This document shows positions 11,254 to 22,129 of a stretch of DNA of 24,081 bases, in pieces. Made by a program: the position numbers and the translations under genes. Under the pieces are notes generated by a model, which saw only the letters and a list, made by a program, of their open reading frames with translations, ran no database searches and was not told where the DNA came from. The stretch comes from Vermamoeba vermiformis (taxonomy: Eukaryota): contig JBEWZL010000264.1 of assembly GCA_045837725.1 (NCBI GenBank), positions 62,001 to 86,081 on the forward strand, in the 5' to 3' direction. The first letter of the stretch is position 1; each line of letters opens with the position of its first letter.

Positions 11254-11943
11254 TGTCGCTTGATCGTGCTTAGATGTGCTTGGGGTAGTGTGCCGTCACT
11301 GAGGATACCTTGTGGAGTTGGTATAAGTAAATATCTAGTAACGTGTGGTGACGCGAACGCACTGAGTAGTAGAACTGCAGAAAACAGTGCTGTTGGACTT
11401 AAACTTTTTCGCCGCTGAAAAAATGTTGAGCGAAATTTCGTTCGTTATTTATGGAAGTCATTTTATAATTCCGGGACCGGCTTCCTGCGCAGTAGTAGTG
11501 ACCCAAATCGCTTAGATAGGATAAACTAAGGGTAAAGAACGAGTTTTCTCATTAAGGGTCGCTCTACGTGGCCTGATCTGCTGGTTAACGAATCCATTGT
11601 GTGATCTAAATTCAATTTGCTGTAGATTTCCGCACTTATTTAAATATCGACGCTGGTTCCGCTAGTATACGATAAATCTCGACGCTTTAATTTTCCGCGT
11701 GAGATCTAACCAAGTTAGTGTTGCGCAACCGTCTGCAAGTGCGTCGCTCACTAGCCGGCTTCAGAGATCCATTTAGCTAGTGATAATATTGTGAGATTAG
11801 CGACGGCTAAGCGATAGTTCAATGGCAAGGGCACGGGGTCGCTAGAATGTGAGTTTTATTTGTACAACGAAGGAGTCAAAAATGTTTACGGATGTGACTT
11901 ACGCACGAGCTTAGGGCTATTCAAACTCGCTTATAATATTAAT

Positions 11944-14900
11944 TTACACGTCACTGAGAAGACTTTCGGTTTCTTCTATCGTTCGCTTCAGATCTTCAAG
12001 GGCTTGTTTGTTCATTTCGCTATTATACATTGCTGGAGCCCTATACGATGAATTGGTTAATTATCGCATCGAAATAGTTGGATAATAATCGTTAATTTCC
12101 GCGGTTGAAGATACTGGTAGCGAGATGTCACCAACGAGATCTGCTAGCAAACTTACTCGTTCTTGACGGCGGACTCTTCTGAAGTTCGTCGAATAAGATC
12201 GGCTTCCTAAATATGAAAAGTAAATACATGAAGATCATTCAATAAATTAGCGAAGGTAATTTTCGATCGGAAAACTGACGTGACACGGATGCCGTTCTTT
12301 TGTTCTCCGCTCAAGATTATGGTGATACGATTGGTCATTGCACTTACTATTACTTCAGTAGAAGCTAAAATATCATCGCAGAGTGAGATCAGCTCGGGAA
12401 CCATTGACGACAGTTCTTGCTTGTTTTCCTTGCCAGATGCAGGTGCCGATTCTTTAGCCTTGTCATTATTATTAAGGCTTGTATCGTTACTCTTCGTCGA
12501 ATGGTGCATATATTTAGGGCTTGTTTTGTGCCAGCCTGACGTTGTTTGCGGAACGGATTCTTCAACAGCGACGTCGCTTGATCCAATGCCAGGTGACGAC
12601 GATATAGATGAAGGACTATTGGCCTCGACGCTAGGATTGTTAAAGTCTTCGTCGTCACTTTCTACTGACCCGTAGTTATTGTCTGTTGATTGGTTGATCA
12701 ACTCCACATCCGAGATGGAGCTGCGCTTTTCAGGTTTGTTGTTGCTCGCGTTGTTAGCGTTGGCATTAGGAACCAGGTAAGGCTGCTCGTTGTTGACGTA
12801 CACATTGTTGTCGACAAGGGCTGAAACTGGGCGCGACCTGCCAAATCCGATGGTCTGGGACTGAATCCGCTTCTTTTCGTCGCTATCCGTTAGCGACTTT
12901 GGTTCTAGCCTGCTCGGCTGCTTTTCGTTCCTTCAATAGCGGCTGGTTCTCATTGTCGCTAATGATGAAAAAATCCGTCGAAGATTTCAGATCGCCGTCG
13001 CTTTTCCTCAGAGAGTTGTGATCTCCTGAAAGAGGTGCTGCGCTATAATTATTGTTAGCGGGAGGACTGCCTACACGCTGCTTTGGATGTTCGTGAGAGG
13101 TGTTGAGAGCAACTGTTGCTGGTCGATGCACTCTTCCAGGGACAAAAGTATTCGTATTTGATACTCTAATAAATAAAAAGAAGCGTCAATACAATTATAT
13201 TAGCGAAAGGCTGGCAGTAGGTTTAGCGAACATAGTCGCCGCCACACAGTTGAGGAGCGATCCAGACTAAATCTGGAATTCGAGCAAGCGAGAACTTACC
13301 CAATAATGCTAGGAGGGAATTCAGCGGATCTGGCTGCACGCTGATTGCCCAGTCGTTCAATTTGAGGATCTTTCTTGCGTTCAGGTATGTCTACGCCGGA
13401 TTCACTGTTTTTGGGCACGTACTCAATGGCGAGCTTGATCTGACCTTGCTGTCGTTCGCTAATAGCGGTCCTCTTCCACAACATCCACCATTCGACCATC
13501 TAACCAAAGTAAACATCAATTAGAAAGATGAACAAAGGAAGTTACTGGAAATTAGATCTCACCTTGACCGGTCCCTTTTTGCGTAAAAATACATCCAAGT
13601 TAATCTTGACTTCGCCAATCAACTCATTGTTCAAATAGGTGTTGCTGTCCCACACTTGTACCAACAGTTCTTTGCTATTTTCCTCCACATCCCTATAAGT
13701 TACAATATTAGAAAGTGGCTGCGACACGCGATCCAAAAAAAACATACATGACGAACTCTTGCTCTTCAAAGACTGGGTTAACGGTATTATACACGACATC
13801 AGTCTTAAATCGCTGATTTTCCATTAAGAAACAGCAATAGCTGTCTACAGAGGCTATTTACAATAAAATTGTTAGATCCAGATTTCTGGAACTGTTTGCC
13901 GCCCGTTAAATATTTCTGTGAACTTACATTTCGTGATATTTAGTCTAGGAAGGTCCTTAGCTTCGAGAGCTGCAATAGAAAGTAATTAGAAAAGGTAATC
14001 TGAGCAGATCGAGCAACGTACCGCTAATCATCAATTTGCCTTGAACGCCTTCTTTAGGTGTCTTCAACTCTTCTCGCATCTTCATAGCGACTTCAAGGGC
14101 TTCAATCCAATCTTCTCGCTCTTGTTCGTTGTCAGCATTGATCAGGTACTTCTCCCAGTTGGTCTCGATCCAGAATCCGTTTTTGATCCCGCTACTAACA
14201 TCGTCTTCGATCTATTTAAAGTGATTAAAATTTTTTCTACATTAAAGAAACGGATTTAAGCTTACTTCTCGAACGGACGAGATTTCGTCTATTTTTACAA
14301 CACCAAGAGGTTTCATTTGATTAGGGGCCTTATAATATGACAATGTGTCGGGATGTAGCACAAACCAACGTCGTTTCCAGCTCTTAACTTTATGACCTTG
14401 TTTCGTCAAATAACCTCCTTTCTCAATTTTAGCACCCTACATTTACGCGATTAGTACTAGGATACAAAATCAAACTTCGCTGAACTTACTCGTTGAATTT
14501 GTGCTGACTCTCGGGCCTTAGATATAACGTCTAATAAAGCGGAGTTAGTATTTAAAGGAATGTAGTTTTGGATCTCAGAGATCGAGTGCTCACCGTGCAG
14601 ACTTTGATCGATTGCAAAGCATGATACACCCTCGAGGTTATCTGTCTTCAATACTGCTTCGAATAGCGACTGTTCATATTCGACAGCAGATTGTGCCAAG
14701 ATCATTTCTTTGACGTGTTTTGGGATCTTGGCCAACTCTTCGTCTTCAACTTTGTCGAAATAGAAGTCCAAGGTGAAATCAATAGGGAAGCTATAAATAG
14801 TTAAATAATGTAGTACTCACACGTGTATTAATTATGAATATAATCTTACCGTTTGTCACTACAGGCTTCGTCAATATCACATTTTTCGAAGGAAACTTTG

Positions 14901-16699
14901 GTCGATTCAATCATGCCCGTGTGGAATGCCAATCGTGCAATTTTCTCTTCTCTTTAACGAGATATTAATATAATAAATTGAGGACTATGAAATTTGAGGT
15001 GCTGCGATGTTTTGTTTGTGTTGAACCAGTCGATCTGAAAGAACTTACTTGACTAAGCTGACATGTGATAGATGTACCAAGATATCTCCGCGAATGTACT
15101 TCTCGACTGGGAACACAATATTGACTTGGTTGGTCGAATAGGATCGTCTGATAATAGAATTAGCTCGCGCAACTACGCAAAACGCGATGGATCCAGTTTA
15201 CCTTTCATCATCTTTGTTAGTCCATACTACTCGTGGGTTAGGATAGCTACTGAAGTCGTAAATAGTAATCACCGGAGTAATTCCAGATTTCAACGGTGAT
15301 AAAGCCATTTTTGGTACGCGCGTCATGACGATTGATTTCAAACGCAGTGGTCGTAATGAAGGCGGCTTCTTGCTCTTCCAAATTTGTTCAAAATATTGCG
15401 TGTATCTAAAAATATCACAGTAAGTAACAGCCAACGTTCTGCCAAAAAATTCTGCGATCCCAAGTTGATCCAAACTCAGATCCAGAAGAGGTGAAGTAAT
15501 ATTGCTTTAATGATAGTATTAATATTAAAGGTGCCACTTACCGTTTTTGGGCAGGTCCAGTAATGCCCCAGTTATTTACAGAACGCTGAATAGCGAAGTA
15601 ATTCATCGCTTCGTCCGCGTCAAAGAACAGACCGGAGAATAGCAAGTAAGCGGATATAATCGTACCAGTACGACCCTTTCCGGCCTATTATTGATTATAG
15701 AGGTGAGAATCATTGCTAGAAAGCGAAAGAGAATTTTCTAAGGATACCAGCGGTCCCGAATCCGAAACAAAATTAGCGGCTTTAAAGAATTGATGCGATA
15801 TTAATTAAATGAGTTTAATATAGTATTTCTGTGGTTAATAAAAGATTAAATTTGAACGGCGGACTTACCAAACAGTGAACGACCACTACGTTTTGTGGAT
15901 CCGCTAATAGAAACATGTGCATGTCGTGCACGATTCTAAACATCAGTAATAGAGGTGGTGAATGATGGTCAGGCCAGCCACACCAATTTAATACCTTAAT
16001 TTGATCGTTAGCAAGATCTAGCAAAGAGATCGTGACACGCGACAAGAAAAATAAGAGAATTAAGAGTGGAGTTATTAAAATGATACGTACTCTCGAATCA
16101 AACTTCTTAGTGTCATAATTACGTTCGCTGAGGTTATAAATCATAAAGTGGTTGGGATGCCTTGACCGAAGCATTGTCGAAACATCGTTAATGTCATTAC
16201 GATAAGCTGTCTCAATGCCTTCAGCAGGAAACGACATGGCTAATAATAGAATATGATAATTAGCGCTAATTAGTATTAAGGGACAACTAAAATTGAATAA
16301 CATGAATCTGTCGATCGACAATTCCAATTCGAAAATAAATATGCTGTAAAAGCAACAAAAAATCAAGTAGTTAATAATAAGCACGAATTAATAGGCCAAT
16401 AGCGTAAACAGCAAATGCCAATTTAAAGTTTGCTTTTAAACTGTATTTTTGATTAATTTACTGAAAATAAACATTTTAATTGCCTTTTGCAGCAGCATTT
16501 TACTTGATTAAATTATTCTTATCCGTATTATACGTAATTTTAGCGTTAACTATTGAATCTGTCCCAGATGATCCAAAAAAAGCTTACCTATTATTCTGTC
16601 TGTAATATAAGTAAGATCAATATCAATCTCTCCCATATTAAATCTTCTTTTATCAGCGGAGACACGCTGTCTAACAGCTTTGATTATATTATTGAACAT
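11944..16699 (-). CDS. PTEN-like phosphoinositide phosphatase with tensin-type C2, PH and second C2 domain plus long tail; one-base frame disruption near 12883-12932
   Basis: 17 exons: 16699-16588, 16239-16091, 15994-15869, 15684-15542, 15405-15202, 15147-15049, 14951-14850, 14790-14490, 14436-14266, 14211-14022, 13969-13928, 13853-13748, 13692-13563, 13499-13300, 13165-12348, 12206-12157, 12040-11944. Motifs: VSADKRRF..DLTYITDRIIAMSFPA, YRND, YNLSER, WPDHHSPP, HCLAGKGRTG, GITGPAQKRY, RGDILV, FHTGMI; PH KGGYLTKQGHKVKSWKRRWFVL...EREDWIEAL; C2 LEAKDLP..VDSYC..KTDVVYNTVNPVF..VQVWD..LIGEV. As sequenced the frame stops at TAG 12885-12883 (785 aa); removing one base gives ~1012 aa. Confidence 0.88.
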
Positions 16700-16821
16700 C
16701 TGGACTGGAAGCTCCCTTGATCTTGATTACGAGCTTTTAATAAATAATACAAATAAATAAAAATTAATAATACATATGGCTATCTATATAGAAGGTTCCT
16801 TTAAATGAGTAAAAAATTTAA

Positions 16822-16841
16822 TTGACCGCCAAAACGGTCAA
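16822..16841. promoter_or_regulatory. Inverted repeat overlapping an E2F-like site in the divergent PTEN-like/FANCA-like promoter
   Basis: TTGACCG-ccaaaa-CGGTCAA has 7-bp perfect arms. The minus strand reads TTTTGGCGG, matching the E2F consensus TTTSSCGS. It lies in the AT-rich 246-bp gap between start codons at 16699(-) and 16946(+). Confidence 0.4.
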
Positions 16842-16945
16842 AATTTTAGTTTGATTTATTGTTGACAGCTGATCGACAAACATGAAGTATTAATACAAAA
16901 TTATTACGCAAGATAAATATATAGAGTAGGTTATTCAATCACGCA

Positions 16946-19900
16946 ATGAAAAGGCAATTGAGCGGTGATCTTGAAGACAATCCAGGTATTTTCTTTCCTT
17001 AAATCCTTGCTTACTTTTATTCGCTATATTATCTTAAAAACCATCGTATAATTCAAAATTATGCTAAACTGAGCTTTGTACATTTTTTCTGGAAATAAAG
17101 AAACAAGCAGAAGCTGCATCTGTGTTTCCAGTCCTTGGATCTAATAACTAACGCATCAATACAATTAAATTAATTATAAAATACTAATAAATTACTCTTT
17201 TAGGTCCTACCAAGAAGCAGAAACTTGGCTCGGAAAATCGATCAGCCTCAGACATTCTTAATTTCATTGAAGAGAATCAAAATATCGTGGAAATATTACA
17301 AGAAAATACAAAAAATAGAGGTACGAGTAATATATCCTATCTTAATCGAAATGATAACATAATTCTGACAGATCTTGACGAAAATTTTGACGACGCAGAG
17401 CAGCTATCAACTTCTCTTGCCCAATTCATAAAATCTGTTCAATATGACGTAAGTGAATAGCTTCGATTATTGAATGATCAGTACAAGTATTCTATGGCTT
17501 TTTCTCGCGTACCGGATGTACTTCCTAAATTTATTTCTATTATTAGGCCTTCGATATCGACTTCGTTGTTCGAACAGTTTCAAAAGCTAGACAGAACAAA
17601 AATCTTAATAGGCGCAAGTTTATTAAGCAGCTTGTAGATCCACCAAAACCCTTGACCAATTTATCCATTCTTTATTACATGAATGCTGGTGGCGTATTTA
17701 CTACAAAAGAGTATTTGACGGCACTCGATGTTAAGTACTACAAAACAGTCGTAAAGAATTTATCAGAATTATTCAACAAGAAGAATTTCGAAGTTTTTGA
17801 TGGTAAGACCCTCCGTTAGATGCAACTCAGTTCTTGATCAGAAGTAACTCTTTTCTTCAGAAATATTCATGCAGTGCATAGAGTTGTCATTTAACGAGGA
17901 GAGAAGGTACGTACACGTCGCGGATCCACGCAGAATAACTACTAAAATTGGTTTGAGCAGCACGAGCCTATTCACCGAAGTTTTATCGCTATTTAATCTG
18001 CATAATATCTTTTCGTAAGTATGAGATATAATAATAGAGTTCAGGCGGAACTAACTGTTCGTACAGGGACGAAGAAAGTTTTACCTTGGCGAAGCATTGC
18101 ATTGACGTTATTAAGACATGTTCAGTATCTATTGCTGATAGGTTCTTATCTTTATTATGGACAAACCTAATGTCGACAACGACGAAGGAAAATTTACTAG
18201 GTAATTTAACACGTACGAGAAATTTTAGAAGTCGGATCTAACTAAAGTACCCGACAGAAATCTTCTATAATATCTTGGAAAGGAAGAAAAATACGAACAT
18301 TGCTGAAGCAATCGTCTCGCCGTTCCATGGACTGCTATTCGATGAGTTTGTATCGTACTTCCACGAAGGCAAGATCGTCGATACAATTTTCGAATTGGTC
18401 AAGTGCAACGAGATCAAATGGTCAACAGCTTTAGTATTTTTCTTATATTTGAACGAGTCTGAGGCACCATTCGCAGTACCAATGCTACAAAAGATTTCGC
18501 AGCTGACCCAAGATCTGCTATCCCACGCTATCGTGCACGAGAGCACACAATGCTTACAAGGTACGAGCTCGATATTTTGTGTTTCAGTAGTGACTGACAC
18601 CTCCTAATAGCGTGCATAATTATTGTTTATATACTGTCAACACGGGCTGAAGATAACGATCAGCTACAGACCTACTCGAATTGGTTCAAAAGGAATTTTA
18701 TCGAAGAAGCAACGAGCGTGCTGAAGTCAAAGAAGTCCAGACAGCTCCTTATTACTAGTTTAGAGGCTGTTGTTCATACAAAAGATTTCTATCTGCTACA
18801 GGTACGTACGATCCGGATCCTGATGTCCGATCTAACAATCTTTTTCAGATCCATAGCAACTTGGTAGAGAGAATACCCAAGATCCGTAATATGGCAAGTT
18901 CTTTTATGGCCAAGTCAAAGAGTGGCTTATTCAATTGGGACAAGCAATTCTCGTTCCGTCATTTGTTCCCGCGCACCGAGCATTTACCTTCATCGCAACA
19001 AAATCAAAATATCGTCAACAAAGTCAGCTCTATATCATCACGAGATCCATCAGTAATAGCATTCAAAGCCGTAAAGAAGTACTTACAGTACGTAACGAAA
19101 CAAAGTTCCGAGAATTTTATTATTTTAATTTTTATTTACGTCAGAACGAATGAAGTGCCACAATTTGTGCTACAAATGCGTATTTTGAACCCGAAAGTAT
19201 TTTTAAATTCTTTTGCACCGGCGTTGAAAAAGCTATCCAACGAGAGTTCAGTGAGCAGCCAAAACACCGCGCAAGGTGCCAGCAAACTGTTAAAGCACTT
19301 AGTTAAATTGAAGCACTTGCCACAACGAGTATTACTCGAAGAAAATTCGGAGCAAGACGATGACGTGATGATTGTTGAGAGCAGTTTTGATGTCTCGATC
19401 CAATTGGACAACGATCAGGCAATATTACAAGATCTGGATCAGCTCCTGAACAAAAAAGGTACGTTCTTAGTATACGTAATACTAGTATACTAATAATATC
19501 TAATATTATTAATAGAGTACAAGACTATTGGCGAGAGAATCGGAAGCGACGCCAAAAAATTGCCGCTGTTTATTGATTGGCTGATTACTACTGTGCCAAA
19601 GTACAATACGGACGTTATAGCCCTAATTGCTATGTGCGAATCTTTAATCAAGAATGCCAATAATATTCCAACACTCGAAGAAAAGTTGGTGAAGAAAGCT
19701 CGATCCGATCTCGAAGGATGTTCGTTACTTTTGGCATTGACTGGGTACCTTGCCAACAAACATAAGCTCAATATAGTACGTAATATAATATAAATTACAA
19801 GTTATGTCTAATTTTGTATTCTAGGAAATCGTTGACAATGTTTTTCGTTCATTCTCGTTCAAGAACGTACAAGCGCTTAAAGAATTCACAGCATTTTCGT

Positions 19901-21809
19901 TATATTACTTGAATTATATGACGTTATGCACTAAGCGCACAAACGAAGGCTTCTTACCAACTTTTGCAAGTCAACATTTGTTTTGGATCTACAAACGAAT
20001 GAAAGCTTACGGCAAGAACCAACGAATAGAAGTGCTTAAATACAAAGACTTGTGGAAAGATCTAGCGGCAGTATTTGAAAAAAATGGATTTTCACGGTCA
20101 TACAGTTATCGCTCGACAGCGTTACTGAATGCAATTCCGATGAAAAAATTTATTGGATTGGAACTGGCGTTTGAAGAGAACGAATTATTAGAGGTGCCTT
20201 CAATAGCCTCAATTACCCAGTATATTAATCAAATGGTCAAAGTTTGTTTGAAAGGCGAGTTTGGATCTTCCGTGGAAAAATTCACGTCATTTTTATTGAT
20301 GGAACTGATGCAACGAGAATGCAACAAAATCGAAGTCCAATATTCAAATTATTCAACCACGTTCTTACTGCTCATAGAACAAAAACTACGTGAAATGTTC
20401 TTGCAATTAACACCTACAAAATTATCTGCTGGTTGGCTCGCTGATCGATTGTTAGAAGTCACGAAGATTTATTCGACCGACAAGCACGTCAAAATGATAG
20501 CAAATTTCATTTGCAGAGTTATTCCGCCGAGCTTATTCTTTAACTCGTTACAACTTAAACGACGAGTCATGGAAATGAGTCACAGCAAACAAAACTTTTC
20601 AGATTTGTTCAGGTAAGTCCCGCGAAATTTCACTTTTTTATCTAGTGATTTTTTGACGTCTATTTTTGCAGCTTGTATTTGCAGCCAGATTATGTTTACG
20701 AAGCAGTCGAGGCATCTAACATCGAGTACAAAGAATTGCAAGTACGTATCTCGTATTGTAATATCAACTTATATATATATAATAATCTATTTGTTAGTCG
20801 TGTTTGGTCGATCATACAACTGTTGTCCGAGTGTTGTTTAGAAACTGGAAAAACGTCCCACATTCAACCAAGACAAACTCGTTGTTCAAGTTCGTATCAT
20901 CACTCTACGAGTTCGTTAACTACGTGTTATATTCATCGTAAGTACTAGCTATTTATACGCGTTATTTTGGCGCTAATAGTGGCTTTTTTCAGGGAACCGT
21001 TGGATCACGTTTTAATCGCAAAAATGGTTAAGACAAACGAGTTCTTAGTCTTTGATAGTATTATAGCAGCGATACTCAATATTGAAGTGCCTTATAGTAA
21101 TACGTAAGTCTTAAAAATTGAATCAATTTTTTTTTGGCGTTGTTGACTAACCAGATCCCACAAGTGAAAATGCCTATCCTTTACTTTTTGATAGACATGC
21201 AGCTGAGAATTCAAAAGTGATCGAGGAGCTATTCACAAATCGTTTAGTGCCCTTCATAGAAGTATTAGCTGAAGTAAGTCAAAGGCTCACTAGATCCGGA
21301 GCCTAACTCACTTTGAAAAACAGAAATTCAACGATCAGTTTACGGAGTTCTTTGGCCAAATTCTTCGTCGGTTAGAGCTTCATATTCAAAGAGAAGGATT
21401 TGACGAGCTCGGAATGTTCCTCTTATCAAAGCTGATCCAAACCTCTTTCACGATCCAGCCACATCTAGTTTTACAACTCGAAGCTTGCGACACTACGCAA
21501 CAATTATTATTCTTTGCTTCGATAACTCAGATAGGAGAGCAAATTGAATTGGATCTAAGCGAACAAACGAACGACGATTGGCTGGCATTGTTGCTCAAAG
21601 TATTTTTGAATCTGCTTCCAGCGGATGTGGCACTACCTTCATTTTTAGCATTCGATAAGAAGGCGCTTATGGATCAAACGACTGAGGTTATAAGACATTT
21701 GATAGAAGTGGCCAATGTTGGAGCAGTACAAAAGATTGACATTGAGACTAAGATCGAACTTCAAGATCTGGCTCCATCTCTGTACGAAGCTATATCTAGC
21801 AAATCATAG
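16946..21809 (+). CDS. FANCA: Fanconi anemia group A protein-like (Fanconi_A_N region), 1244 aa
   Basis: 18 exons: 16946-16985, 17204-17320, 17372-17448, 17547-17802, 17861-17906, 17961-18014, 18067-18200, 18258-18560, 18611-18801, 18849-19087, 19145-19458, 19516-19775, 19825-20612, 20672-20741, 20798-20937, 20993-21103, 21165-21273, 21324-21809; 3735 nt, open throughout. Blocks collinear with human FANCA as I recall it: EIKWSTALVF (EVHWQRVLSF), TYSNWFKRNF (SYADWFKASF), SKKSRQLLITSL (SKKALVFLFTFL), YLLQIH (YLQVH), AVKKYLQTNEVPQFVLQMRILNPKVFLNSFAPAL ([34 protein letters not shown]). N-terminal bipartite NLS-like MKR...PTKKQK. Confidence 0.78.
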
Positions 21810-22129
21810 AGTTATAAGTCGTATAAACAAATATGGTGGTATAAATTTATTTCGAATTTGACGTGAGAAGACTACACGGAGTTAGGTTCAACTTTGTGTT
21901 GCGTTACAACTACGAACTGCAGGCACTTTATAATTTTAACTTAATTATACAATTTCTGATTTTTATACTAATATGTTGTTCAATTATCCGGTCTCTTGCG
22001 GTGTTACTTGGTCCCAATAGCGAACTTTTTTATGAAGTGTATTTTGGGGACGACTTATTAATTGTTATAGTTTTATCAAATAATAGCTTAAAGATAGCCG
22101 AATAAGAGCAACAAAAAACTGAATTAATT

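Noticed and set aside
11254-11943. Relatively GC-rich ~690-bp intergenic region as possible ncRNA or tRNA
   Set aside because: No cloverleaf, A/B boxes, snoRNA boxes or long stem that I can support; likely UTR and promoter. An Infernal/Rfam scan would settle it.
12207-12347. PB1-like looking stretch RITIILSGEQKNGIRVT in ORF 12207-12803
   Set aside because: It lies after the GTAAGT donor at 12347; only that donor keeps the last two exons in frame, so the stretch is intronic.
12883-12885. Stop-codon readthrough or variant genetic code
   Set aside because: The downstream coding sequence is in a different frame, and TAA, TAG and TGA all act as normal terminators in other genes here.
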